From contig CAVYRH010000026.1 of the NCBI GenBank assembly GCA_963770835.1, forward strand, positions 512,001 through 576,000: a stretch of DNA of 64,000 nucleotides, in the 5' to 3' direction. The position numbers and the translations under genes are program-made. This DNA is from an uncultured Pseudomonadota bacterium. GTDB taxonomy: Bacteria; Oederibacteriota; Muellerivitia; Muellerivitales; Muellerivitaceae. Under the pieces are notes generated by a model. It saw only the letters and a program-made list of their open reading frames with translations. It did no database searches and had not been told where the DNA came from. Shown here piece after piece: positions 38,974 to 48,010 of the stretch (the first letter of the stretch is position 1; every line of letters starts with the position of its first letter).

Positions 38974-39014
38974 TTTCACCACCACCCCTTGGCCTATGGC
39001 CAAGGGCAGTAAAA

Positions 39015-39197
39015 AACACGAGACACCAAGGCGCCGAGAAAGAATAAAGATTCTTCCGTTTCAAAAAGCCTCCTGCTAGTCAACTATCAGGGGGTTTTTT
39101 TGTTTCTTGAGAGAGGCGTGTTCTTTTTGAGAAAAAATAAATGAAAAAAAGTTTTTTTGTAAAAAGCCTTTCTTGGTGTCTTGGCGCCTTGGTGGTT
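39015..39197. repeat. 8-nt-period inverted-repeat element enclosing a terminator-like hairpin and the SpoIID start
   Basis: AACACGAGACACCAAGGCGCCGAGAAAG (39015-39042) and CTTTCTTGGTGTCTTGGCGCCTTGGTGGTT (39168-39197); inner hairpin with T-tract at about 39063-39101. Confidence 0.6.
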
Positions 39198-41246
39198 CAA
39201 TTGGGCGCCGATGTTCCGGTTTTTGCCGAATCGTTCCAGTTAAAGATCGGCAGGATGTTCGCCCAGGGGCAAATCTCCGAGATCCGGGAAGCCATTGCCC
39301 AGCAACTGCAGGAGAACCCCGGTGACCCGGAGCCATTATTGGAACGGGCGGACCTGGACAAAAGCCAGGGCGATTACCCCGGCGCCATCATCGCCTATCA
39401 GGACTACCTTTCGAAAAAGGACGATTGGAAGGCCCACCGGGCCATAGCCCTCCTGCGCGAAGAGATGGGGGATTTCGCCAACGCGGGACCGGACTTGCGG
39501 ATCCTCAACCAGGAACATCCCAACGATCCCGAACTCCTTTTGGGCCTGGCGCGCCTATGCCTTTACCAGTCGAAATGGAAAAAAATCCGCACCCAGGCCA
39601 CGCCGCAAGAAGCCTTGAAGGAGGCCCAGGCTTACCTCATCACCCTGACCGGCATAAAACCGGGTTTCGCGCTCGCCACTTGGCAGCTGGCGGAGGTTTC
39701 CCGGGAACTCGGCGATGACGCCCGGGCCCTCAAGGCCTATGAGGAAGTGGTCAAGGAAGATGCCAGCTACAAGCACGCCCACCGTTACATCGCCCGGCTC
39801 CTGGCGCAACAAAAGCGGTACGCCGAGTCCCTGGCCAAGTACGACCAAGCCATGGCCGTGGAGCCGGAGGACCCGCAACTGAAAAAAGAAGCCGAGCGGG
39901 TGGCCCGGTTGGCGCCCCAACAGGCGAAGGCGCGCAAGAAAGAACGGCTCCAACAGTGGGAAGGCTGGACTCCGCCGGAGGAAAAGCCGATCGCCCCCTC
40001 CCCGGTGACCATCCGCGTGGGAGTTTTAACGGGAATGGGGAACCTCCTTTTCCGCTGTGCTTCGGACCTCCAGGTGACGACCCCCGCCCAGACACCGGTA
40101 ACGGTCTTGAAAGCCGGAACGGACTACGATATTTCCTATTTCCGGGGTAACGGCAGGCACCCCAAGGATTCCTGGGTCCTAAGCGATGCCAAGGGAAACA
40201 ACTTTGTGACCTTCAGCGAAAGGCTCTGGATCGCGCCCAAGGACTCCCAAAAGCCGGTGGTTCTTCACGCCGTGCCCACGGGAACGGGCTATTTCTTCGC
40301 CCGGGAGGAGGACAAGGCCTATCGGGGTCTCATCGAAATTTCCCCGCGCCCTGGAAAGGGTTTTAACGTTATCAACCGTGTGTCGCTGGAGGATTACACC
40401 GCGGGGGTGCTCCCGGCTGAAATGATGACCACTTGGCCTTTGGAGGCCCTCAAGGCCCAGGCTATCGTGGTGCGAACCTACGTGCTTTCCAAACTGGGAA
40501 ACCGCAACGAACAGGGCTTCGACGTTTTTGACAACGTCCAAGACCAGGTTTACCGGGGCTTGAGGGCCGAGACCGCAAGGTCCAACGAGGCCGTGCGGCA
40601 GACAGCCGGGCTGGTAGTGAAGTACCATGGAAAGGTGATGCCGGTGGTCTTTTCCGCCGAATGCGGGGGCCATACGCAGGATTACCAGGAAGCCTGGGGG
40701 TTCAAATACCCCGTCATCGGGGTGGAGGATTACGACCCCCGCTACAACCAGGACATGGAATTCCCCCTCTCCCCCGCCCGAATGGAAACCTGGATCAAGG
40801 AAGACCGGGAAGCCTGGTGCCGGGTTTACGGCCTCAAGGGGTATGACAATTACCGGTGGGTGTGGATCGTTTCCGCCGCCGATATCCAAAAAAAGGTTCC
40901 CGGCATCGGGCGCATCCGACGGTTGACGGTCACGCACCGTTCCACGGCGGGGTGGGCCGACAAGCTTTTGGTGGAAGGCGAAGCCGACAGCCGTGAATTA
41001 AGGTCCGACAGTATCCGCCGCTATTTAGGGGGGATCCGCAGCAACTTGATTTGGATCGAGCCGCAATTTAACCCCAAAGGTTGGCCCGAGGAGTTTATTA
41101 TTTATGGGGGCGGCTGGGGCCACGGCGTGGGGATGTGCCAGGTGGGCTGTTACGGCCTGGCCCAGGCCGGCAAGGACTGCGACGAAATCTTAAGGCATTA
41201 TTTCCCCAAAGGCAGCATTGAAAAACTGGGGTCAGTGACAACCTAA
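39141..41246 (+). CDS. TPR-containing SpoIID/LytB domain protein (peptidoglycan lytic transglycosylase-like)
   Basis: N-terminal TPRs; YTAGVLPAEM, EALKAQAIVVRTY, QVYRG, GGGWGHGVGMCQVG, ILRHYF. Confidence 0.88.
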   Translation: MKKSFFVKSLSWCLGALVVQLGADVPVFAESFQLKIGRMFAQGQISEIREAIAQQLQENPGDPEPLLERADLDKSQGDYPGAIIAYQDYLSKKDDWKAHRAIALLREEMGDFANAGPDLRILNQEHPNDPELLLGLARLCLYQSKWKKIRTQATPQEALKEAQAYLITLTGIKPGFALATWQLAEVSRELGDDARALKAYEEVVKEDASYKHAHRYIARLLAQQKRYAESLAKYDQAMAVEPEDPQLKKEAERVARLAPQQAKARKKERLQQWEGWTPPEEKPIAPSPVTIRVGVLTGMGNLLFRCASDLQVTTPAQTPVTVLKAGTDYDISYFRGNGRHPKDSWVLSDAKGNNFVTFSERLWIAPKDSQKPVVLHAVPTGTGYFFAREEDKAYRGLIEISPRPGKGFNVINRVSLEDYTAGVLPAEMMTTWPLEALKAQAIVVRTYVLSKLGNRNEQGFDVFDNVQDQVYRGLRAETARSNEAVRQTAGLVVKYHGKVMPVVFSAECGGHTQDYQEAWGFKYPVIGVEDYDPRYNQDMEFPLSPARMETWIKEDREAWCRVYGLKGYDNYRWVWIVSAADIQKKVPGIGRIRRLTVTHRSTAGWADKLLVEGEADSRELRSDSIRRYLGGIRSNLIWIEPQFNPKGWPEEFIIYGGGWGHGVGMCQVGCYGLAQAGKDCDEILRHYFPKGSIEKLGSVTT

Positions 41247-41265
41247 TGACCGGTAACAAAATTTA

Positions 41266-41391
41266 GCCACAGAAGAACACGATAAACACAGATGAAATCA
41301 AATGCAATTATCAAAATCAGGAATTAAATTCAAAAGAAAAACAAGTTTTCTGTTGTTTTGCCATGCGAATTCATCCGTTTTAATCCGTGGC
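41266..41391. repeat. 10-nt-period (CACAGATGAA-like) inverted-repeat element
   Basis: GCCACAGAAGAACACGATAAACACAGAT (41266-41293) versus TTCATCCGTTTTAATCCGTGGC (41370-41391), around an AT-rich core. Confidence 0.55.
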
Positions 41392-41938
41392 AAAAATAGT
41401 TTTTTGGTTTTGGCGTTGTTGTCCGTGGTTGTCATTGGGTCTTTCATCTTGTTTCGGAATTGACCGGGATATGGGGTTGGCGCATGTTCCTGATATCCAA
41501 CAACGGGAGGGAATTACCGGAACCCAGGCCAACCCGACTCCCCTCGACCCTTTCAAACGGTACGATCTTGTGATGGCGGCCAATGAGTGCCGGTTTTTTA
41601 CCATGAAGGTCCCATCCCAATGGTATTGGAAGATCTACCTGACCGCGGCCGACCACGAGGAATCCCGCAGGGGAAGCCTCACCGCCGAAATCGCCCCCGC
41701 CAACCCGCCTTGGGGGCCCCTGCCCGCTACCAGTTTCAGCAAAAATTTCGACTTGTCGGGGCGCGAGGGAGTCCAAGCCGTCCTCGCCGTGGGTAATACC
41801 CAACCCGACCGGCTCGCTTCCTTCACGCTTTGCCAAGACGGGGCGCCTATCCATATCACCATCCAAAGCGAAGTTTCCGCGACCCATGCTCTTTTAGGGC
41901 CGAACAATGACCAGGCTGTGACCACCCTAGGACAGTAA
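41387..41938 (+). CDS. Putative lipoprotein
   Basis: Lipobox-like GLSSC; 183 aa; start uncertain. Confidence 0.6.
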   Translation: MAKIVFWFWRCCPWLSLGLSSCFGIDRDMGLAHVPDIQQREGITGTQANPTPLDPFKRYDLVMAANECRFFTMKVPSQWYWKIYLTAADHEESRRGSLTAEIAPANPPWGPLPATSFSKNFDLSGREGVQAVLAVGNTQPDRLASFTLCQDGAPIHITIQSEVSATHALLGPNNDQAVTTLGQ

Positions 41939-41990
41939 AGCCGGCATTTGGTCCCCGGCCGCCAGCTGCCGCTTGAAAACCGAGGTTCGT

Positions 41991-42455
41991 ATGCCCTTCT
42001 ACTTCGCTTATGGTTCCAGCCTCTTGCGCGCCCAGATGGAGCGCCGTCTCATGGGCAACCGTCCCGTCACTCGCGCTTATTTGCGGGGTTACCGCCTGGC
42101 CTTTATGGGAAATTCAACCGAGCGCAAGGGGCCGGTGGCGAACCTCCTTCTCGACCCCTCCCGGTTTGTCCCCGGAACCCTCTATGAACTCAACGAAGTC
42201 ATGATCAAATACCTGGACCGGGCCGAGGCCTGCGAGAAGGGAACCTATAAACCGATGGAAGTAGAAGTTGAAAAGGACGATGGAAGCAAAGTTCCGACTA
42301 CCTGCTACCAGCTGGCCGCCGTTGATCCACCCTTCGGCCAGCCCAACCTGGGGTATCTCCTTCAGGTAAAACAGGGCTATAAGGAATGGGGCCTGCCGGA
42401 GGAAGTTTTAGAAGAGGCCGTGGAATGGAGCAAGGAAAACTCGAAATCCTCTTGA
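41991..42455 (+). CDS. Gamma-glutamylcyclotransferase (GGCT/AIG2-like)
   Basis: YFAYGS, LRGYRLAF, GTLYEL, LDRAE, YLLQVKQG; GAGG RBS. Confidence 0.85.
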   Translation: MPFYFAYGSSLLRAQMERRLMGNRPVTRAYLRGYRLAFMGNSTERKGPVANLLLDPSRFVPGTLYELNEVMIKYLDRAEACEKGTYKPMEVEVEKDDGSKVPTTCYQLAAVDPPFGQPNLGYLLQVKQGYKEWGLPEEVLEEAVEWSKENSKSS

Positions 42456-42583
42456 GCGTTTTTTTGACCAGAACCCTAGGCTCACATCCGCCGGGAAACC
42501 CGATTAACCCAGTGTTTACTTCTCCCGCCTAAATCAGTTGCCGCCCCATTGAAATAATTTTCAAAAAAATTGTTGAATGACTA

Positions 42584-42643
42584 TTGACATTTAAATGAGG
42601 TTATTGTATTTAATCATTTAGTTAATTAACTAAGAGGTTAAAT
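42584..42643 (+). promoter_or_regulatory. Promoter and tandem TTAAC-type palindromes upstream of the second ArsR operon
   Basis: TTGACA at 42584; ATTTAATCatttAGTTAATT and AATTAACTaagaGGTTAAAT overlapping at 42608-42643. Confidence 0.6.
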
Positions 42644-42646
42644 ATA

Positions 42647-42997
42647 ATGCCCGTCGATCAACTCAGCGAGACATTCCAGGCCCTGGCCGACCCCACGCGG
42701 CGGGCTATGCTGGCAAAGCTCACGGAGGGAGAAGCTTCAGTCCAGCAGCTGGCCAAACCCTTCCGGATGAGCCTGCCGGCCATTTCAAAGCACCTCAAGG
42801 TTTTGGCAAAAAGCGGGCTGATCGTGCGCCGCAGTGAGGCCCAACGACGGCTTTACAAGCTCCAAACGAAGCCCATCAAGGAAGCGGTGGAATGGTTGGA
42901 GCACCACCGGAAGCTTTGGGAGCAGCGTCTGGACCGCTTGGATGAATATTTAAAGGAGCTTCAACAAAAGGAAAAGAAACAAGGCCATAAGCCTTAA
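42647..42997 (+). CDS. ArsR/SmtB family transcriptional regulator
   Basis: TFQALADPTRRAML, FRMSLPAISKHLKVL, WEQRLDRLDEYL. Confidence 0.93.
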   Translation: MPVDQLSETFQALADPTRRAMLAKLTEGEASVQQLAKPFRMSLPAISKHLKVLAKSGLIVRRSEAQRRLYKLQTKPIKEAVEWLEHHRKLWEQRLDRLDEYLKELQQKEKKQGHKP

Positions 42998-43039
42998 CGA
43001 CGACGTGAAATTAAATACGAAAAGGACTAGGAGGAAACT

Positions 43040-43531
43040 ATGCCGACAGAAACAGGAAATTTCGAATCGAGGGTCCATCCCAAGGACATCGTGTTGAAGC
43101 GGACCATAAAGGCGCCGCGAAAACTGGTCTTCGAGGCCCTCACCCAGTCCGAACACCTCGTTCATTTTTGGGCTCCCAAGCCTTACACCACCCACAACAG
43201 CAAGGTGGACCTGCGGCCCGGGGGGGAGTGGACCTACACCTTCCGCTCGCCCGAGGGCCAGGAACATCACAGCAAGCACATCTATAAAGAAGTGGATCCC
43301 CCGAAAAAATTGGTGATGGAAGCCGGCGTGCCCGGTCCCGGCGGCAAACCCTTCTTCCGCATCCTCCAGACCATTACGTTGGAGGACAAGGGGAAGGAAA
43401 CAGGCCTGGTGTTTGAGGCTAAGGTGTTGGAAGCCAACGAGGGTTCCGATCCTTTCCTGGGCGGAATGCTGCAGGGCACCAACATGACCCTCGACCAGAT
43501 GATCGAATACCTGGAATCGGGGAAGGTGTGA
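43040..43531 (+). CDS. SRPBCC (AHSA1-like) domain protein
   Basis: RTIKAPRKLVFEA, VDLRPGGEW, YKEVDPPKKLV. Confidence 0.88.
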   Translation: MPTETGNFESRVHPKDIVLKRTIKAPRKLVFEALTQSEHLVHFWAPKPYTTHNSKVDLRPGGEWTYTFRSPEGQEHHSKHIYKEVDPPKKLVMEAGVPGPGGKPFFRILQTITLEDKGKETGLVFEAKVLEANEGSDPFLGGMLQGTNMTLDQMIEYLESGKV

Positions 43532-44430
43532 GGCTCGACCGGGAACGAGGCGTCAAAGTATCGTTTTTTTTCCTACGGGCGGTATCGGGGTTTCTTTTCC
43601 TGCAGGCTGGCGGGCTCAAGCTTTTCGGGTGGTTCGGCGGCATGCCGCCCGAAATGCCCTTCCGCCTGTTTTCCGAAATCGGACTGGCGGGGGTGCTGGA
43701 GTTCTTTGGTGGTTTGATGATCCTGCTGGGTCTTTATACCCGGCCCGTAGCCTTCCTCCTGTCGGGGGAAATGGCGGTGGCCTACTGGCAAGCTCATGCC
43801 CCCAGGGGCGCCTGGCCCATCGAGAACCAAGGTGAGCCCGCGGTTTTGTTCTGTTTCATCTTCCTTTACCTGGCCGCGCGGGGCGGGGGAGAGTGGAGTT
43901 GGGATGCGTATATCGAAAACAAAAAAAAGGAGAAAAGAATGAGCCCCCCATCCAAAGAAGCGGGGAACACCATCGACCGGGAAATCCGGTCCACCCGCCT
44001 CCTCGAGGCGCCCCGGGACCTGGTTTGGAAGGTCTTCACACAGCCGGAACACATCGCCAAATGGTGGGGCCCTGACGGCTTTACCAACACCATCCACCAG
44101 ATGGACGTGCGCACCGGCGGGGCGTGGAATTTCGTCATGCACGGCCCCGACGGGAGGGATTATGAAAACAAGGTCATTTTCGTCGAGGTCGTGAAGCCTG
44201 AACGCCTGGTCTTCGATCATGTTGTGCACCCTTTCCACCGGACGGTCGTGACTTTTGTGGAAGAGGGTGGGAAGACCCGGTTGAACTTTGGGATGACCTT
44301 CGAGACCGCCGAATTGAAGAAAAAGGTGGCGAAGGAATTTGGGGCCGTGGAAGGCCTCGTCCAGAACCTGGACCGGCTGGCGGCCTACTTGGGAGAAATC
44401 CGTAATAACAAGGAGGCCCAGGATGGGTAA
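43528..44430 (+). CDS. DoxX family protein fused in frame to an SRPBCC domain (possibly two genes)
   Basis: DoxX motifs LEFFGG, TRPVAFLLSGEMAVAYW, GGGEWSWD; SRPBCC from internal ATG 43939 (APRDLVWKVFT, WWGPDGF, DVRTGG). Confidence 0.8.
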   Translation: MRLDRERGVKVSFFFLRAVSGFLFLQAGGLKLFGWFGGMPPEMPFRLFSEIGLAGVLEFFGGLMILLGLYTRPVAFLLSGEMAVAYWQAHAPRGAWPIENQGEPAVLFCFIFLYLAARGGGEWSWDAYIENKKKEKRMSPPSKEAGNTIDREIRSTRLLEAPRDLVWKVFTQPEHIAKWWGPDGFTNTIHQMDVRTGGAWNFVMHGPDGRDYENKVIFVEVVKPERLVFDHVVHPFHRTVVTFVEEGGKTRLNFGMTFETAELKKKVAKEFGAVEGLVQNLDRLAAYLGEIRNNKEAQDG

Positions 44431-45064
44431 AGTAAGAGTTGCCGGTATAGGTGTCTCCATGGATGGCTTTGCCGCTGGTCCGGATCAAGACCTGGAGAAT
44501 CCCTTGGGGGTCCGGGGCCCGGAGCTGTTTGGCTGGTTTTTCCCAACGAAAATATTCAACGATATGCATGGAAGCGGCGGCGGAACGACCGGGGTGGACA
44601 ACCAATTCGCCGAAAGATCCTTCAAGAACGTTGGGGCCTGGGTATTGGGCCGAAATATGTTCGGCCCCGTCCGCGGGCCCTGGCCGGATGAATCCTGGAA
44701 AGGCTGGTGGGGAGCCAACCCGCCTTACCATTTGCCAACTTTTGTCCTGACCCACCATGCCCGTCCGCCGCTTGAGATGGAAGGCGGGACAAAATTCATT
44801 TTCGTGACGGACGGGATCCAATCGGCCCTCCGGCAAGCCCAACAAGCCGTGGGGGATAGGGATGTGCGTATCGGCGGAGGTGTTGCGACCATCCGCCAGT
44901 ATTTAAAGGCCGGCTTGGTTGATGAAATGCACCTGGCCCTGATGCCGGTGCTGATGGGAAAGGGCGAGAATCTTTTTTCAGGACTTGACCTGCATGAGCT
45001 GGGTTTTAAGTGCGTCGAGCGTGTTTCCACTGAACAGGCAACCCATGTGGTGTTGAAAAAATAG
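44423..45064 (+). CDS. Dihydrofolate reductase/RibD C-terminal family protein
   Basis: [48 protein letters not shown]. Confidence 0.9.
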   Translation: MGKVRVAGIGVSMDGFAAGPDQDLENPLGVRGPELFGWFFPTKIFNDMHGSGGGTTGVDNQFAERSFKNVGAWVLGRNMFGPVRGPWPDESWKGWWGANPPYHLPTFVLTHHARPPLEMEGGTKFIFVTDGIQSALRQAQQAVGDRDVRIGGGVATIRQYLKAGLVDEMHLALMPVLMGKGENLFSGLDLHELGFKCVERVSTEQATHVVLKK

Positions 45065-45075
45065 GAGGAAATTTC

Positions 45076-45549
45076 ATGAAAAAAATAACGCCGTTTTTGT
45101 GGTTCGACACCGAGGCTGAGGAGGCGGCCAAGTTCTACACCTCCATTTTCACGAAATCGAAGATCCATACGGTCACTCGCTACGGAGACGAGGGCGCGGG
45201 CCCGAAGGGCAAGGTCATGACCGTGGGGTTTGCCCTTAACGGGCAGGAATTCTTGGCCTTGAATGGCGGCCCCCAATTCAAATTTACCGAGGCCATTTCG
45301 TTCATGGTGTACTGCGACACCCAAAAAGAAGTGGATTACTATTGGAAAAAACTCACTCAGGGCGGCAAGGAAATCCAATGCGGCTGGCTGAAGGATAAAT
45401 ACGGATTGGCCTGGCAAATCGTCCCCCGGGTTTTCTTTAAGTTGATAAGCGGCCGGGATCCCGAAAGAAAGAAAAGGGTCATGAAGGCCATGATGCAAAT
45501 GGTGAAAATGGACATCCGGGCCTTGAAAAAGGCTTACGCGGGGAAATAG
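45076..45549 (+). CDS. VOC family protein (PhnB/3-demethylubiquinone-9 3-methyltransferase-like)
   Basis: [39 protein letters not shown]. Confidence 0.92.
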   Translation: MKKITPFLWFDTEAEEAAKFYTSIFTKSKIHTVTRYGDEGAGPKGKVMTVGFALNGQEFLALNGGPQFKFTEAISFMVYCDTQKEVDYYWKKLTQGGKEIQCGWLKDKYGLAWQIVPRVFFKLISGRDPERKKRVMKAMMQMVKMDIRALKKAYAGK

Positions 45550-45585
45550 CATGACGGGCCGCTTAAAACAAAAAGGAGAGAGAGC

Positions 45586-46119
45586 ATGCTCAAGAAAATC
45601 CTGATCGGCTTAGTTGTGGTCATCGCCGTCATCCTGGTTGCGGCTTCCTTCCAACCCAACACCTTCCATGTGGAGCGCACGGTGACCATCGCCGCGGTGC
45701 CGGAGAAGATATTCCCCCAGATCAACGACTTCCACAATTGGACCGCCTGGGATCCCTGGGCGAAGATGGACCCGTCCATGAAGGTGACTTACAGCGGCGT
45801 GGCCAACGGCAAAGGCGCGGTCTACGAGTGGCAGGGTAACGGCCAGGTGGGACAAGGGCGCATGGAAATCACCGATTCCACCCCAACGAAGATAACGATC
45901 CAACTCGATTTCATCAAACCCATGTCGGCCCGCGACAGCGCCACTTTCACCTTGAACCCCAAGGGGAACTCCACCGATGTCACCTGGGCCATGGACGGTA
46001 ATGTGCCCTTCATCGGAAAGATATTCCACCTCTTTATGAACATGGACAAGATGATCGGAGGGTCTTTTGACCAAGGGCTAGCCAGTATGAAGGCCGTCGC
46101 CGAAGCCCCGAGTAAATAA
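45586..46119 (+). CDS. SRPBCC (polyketide cyclase/dehydrase) family protein with N-terminal TM
   Basis: FHVERTVTI, DFHNWTAWDPW, GKGAVYEWQGN, MDKMIGGSFDQGL. Confidence 0.88.
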   Translation: MLKKILIGLVVVIAVILVAASFQPNTFHVERTVTIAAVPEKIFPQINDFHNWTAWDPWAKMDPSMKVTYSGVANGKGAVYEWQGNGQVGQGRMEITDSTPTKITIQLDFIKPMSARDSATFTLNPKGNSTDVTWAMDGNVPFIGKIFHLFMNMDKMIGGSFDQGLASMKAVAEAPSK

Positions 46120-46226
46120 TAAAACAGGGGGAGTCCCAGTGCCTGGGCACGGTGTTTAAGCCGGGGAATGTATTGCTTTATTACCAACCCGATGGAAAAT
46201 AACCGGTAAGAAGAAAATTATTTTCC

Positions 46227-46820
46227 ATGGGAAACTCCGTGCAAAGCTCCCCTATCTTAAAAATCATGGACTTGGTCTTAAAGCAGGATTCCCGGCCCTT
46301 CGCCCGACTGGTGAAGGGCAAGCCCATTGCCGAAGGCCGCAGGGCGGTGGCGACCTTTTCCGAAAAGGATTTTAAACCAGATCAGAATCCCCAAACCCTT
46401 CCTTTCATCCAAGCCGCACTTTACCTCTGTTTCGATTGTTTCGACGAAGCTCACCAGATCGCCCAGGACCACGAGGGCGTCATCGGAAACTGGATTCATG
46501 CCATCGCGCACCGGCGCGAGCCGGACGCCTCGAATTCCAAGTATTGGTACCACCGAGTCCATGCTCCGGCCAAGGTTTTCGCGGGTATCGGCGGGGATTC
46601 TCTGGCGTTCCTCAAAAAATCACTTGTTCCCGAGTTGGAAATCCTGGCAAAGAAGATGGAAAAGTCAAAGGCCTGGGAACCGGAAACCTTCGTAGATTTA
46701 TGCGATCAATTCCGGGAAAAAGATATCCAGAGTCCTACCTACAAAACCTTGGCAGGTATCCAGGAAATCGAATGGAAGGGCCTGTCTGAATATATCCTTT
46801 CCCCAAAGGATGGCGGGTAA
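46227..46820 (+). CDS. Conserved hypothetical protein
   Basis: Family-like motif DEAHQIAQD...WIHAIAHRREPDASNSKYWY and terminal QEIEW. Confidence 0.75.
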   Translation: MGNSVQSSPILKIMDLVLKQDSRPFARLVKGKPIAEGRRAVATFSEKDFKPDQNPQTLPFIQAALYLCFDCFDEAHQIAQDHEGVIGNWIHAIAHRREPDASNSKYWYHRVHAPAKVFAGIGGDSLAFLKKSLVPELEILAKKMEKSKAWEPETFVDLCDQFREKDIQSPTYKTLAGIQEIEWKGLSEYILSPKDGG

Positions 46821-46847
46821 CCATTGCTTTTGGCGCTTGCGGCTAAT

Positions 46848-46885
46848 AAAAAACCCTTGCCCCACAGGGAGCAAGGGTTTTTTTT
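46848..46885. terminator. Bidirectional intrinsic terminator between convergent genes
   Basis: A6-CCCTTGC...GCAAGGG-T8. Confidence 0.8.
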
Positions 46886-46915
46886 GAGATCGGCTAATTC
46901 GGTCGAGACTAATTT

Positions 46916-47830
46916 TTAATGATGCGATTCCGCTACCCCCAAACCAATCCCAATCAGACCACCCTTGACGCCGGTGGTGCTGGCGACATTGGTGGTCCAG
47001 CCAACGGCCTCGTAAGCCGAAATATATGTTGCCGGCGAGGAAAGAGAATAAGCCGAAGAAGGGAAAGGAAAGGGGTTGCCTGAGGGTGAAGTTGATTGGT
47101 AAGTCAACGAACCGGTTGTGCCGCTAACGCCATAGGCAAAAGCTGCATCGATTGAACCTAAGCTGTTAATGGCAGCCGTCACTCCGCCGTTGGAGGCGTT
47201 ATAAGTGAAGGCATAACCGCCCGGCTCGGTCAATGAACAGGTTGCCGTGTCCCCGATGTTGGCCACCGTCAAGGTGTAGGAAGTGCCGCCCAGGTATGAA
47301 ATTTGGGCCGGGGAACTGACACTGCCACTACCGGTGGAAGCGTAGCAGGAGAAGTTATAACCGTTGTAGGAAGCGGAAGCCAAATAAATGAGTGGTATGG
47401 CCGTTCCACCGTTGGGGGTCAGAGTCACAGCCGCGGTGGAAACGGCTTGATTGGCTACCGAGAGGTCCACCATAGCTAGGCCATAAGAAACGGGCGTCCC
47501 TCCCAACTGCGAAGTGTCCTCGTCAATCCCCAGGATCATTCCGATGGCCCAAGTTCCATTCCCACCCGCAGCAAAGGGAGACACGGAAGAGAAGGCGGGT
47601 GAAAAGGCAGAGGAAAAAGCGCTGGCCATGCTGTTGTTGGCGGAGCCCGAAGCACCGCTCGCAACGGAAGTGCTACCGTTGGCGAAAGGGAACAATGCGG
47701 ACATGGGAACCCCGTTGTTGTTACTACTGGACGGGCCTACAGAACTTGTTTTGGTGCAGCCCCATTGGAACCCCGCCAAAAGACCGACCGTTAAAAGGGT
47801 TAACAAAGCCTTGAGATTGTGATTCCTCAT
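46916..47830 (-). CDS. Ser/Gly/Thr-rich putative lipoprotein
   Basis: GAGGAGG RBS, signal ending FQWGC, low-complexity Ser linker, beta-rich mature domain. Confidence 0.7.
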   Translation of the reverse strand: MRNHNLKALLTLLTVGLLAGFQWGCTKTSSVGPSSSNNNGVPMSALFPFANGSTSVASGASGSANNSMASAFSSAFSPAFSSVSPFAAGGNGTWAIGMILGIDEDTSQLGGTPVSYGLAMVDLSVANQAVSTAAVTLTPNGGTAIPLIYLASASYNGYNFSCYASTGSGSVSSPAQISYLGGTSYTLTVANIGDTATCSLTEPGGYAFTYNASNGGVTAAINSLGSIDAAFAYGVSGTTGSLTYQSTSPSGNPFPFPSSAYSLSSPATYISAYEAVGWTTNVASTTGVKGGLIGIGLGVAESHH

Positions 47831-48010
47831 TCCATCCTCCTCAGAAATATAAGCGAGACAGAAAATTCCAAAAACGTCCCTTGGTTTCTGCCTTGCCCTA
47901 AAATCGATTGCTGGGAATTATATCAGATTCTCGCCGCTCCCATCTTTCAAACCGGTTAAAAGTTAAAATCACCTAAAACACCTCAAAACTATGATAAAAC
48001 GCTTAAAACC

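Noticed and set aside
38986..39006. Perfect 9-bp hairpin after the 38470 gene as a terminator
   Set aside because: No T-tract follows; the hairpin at about 39063-39101 is the better candidate.
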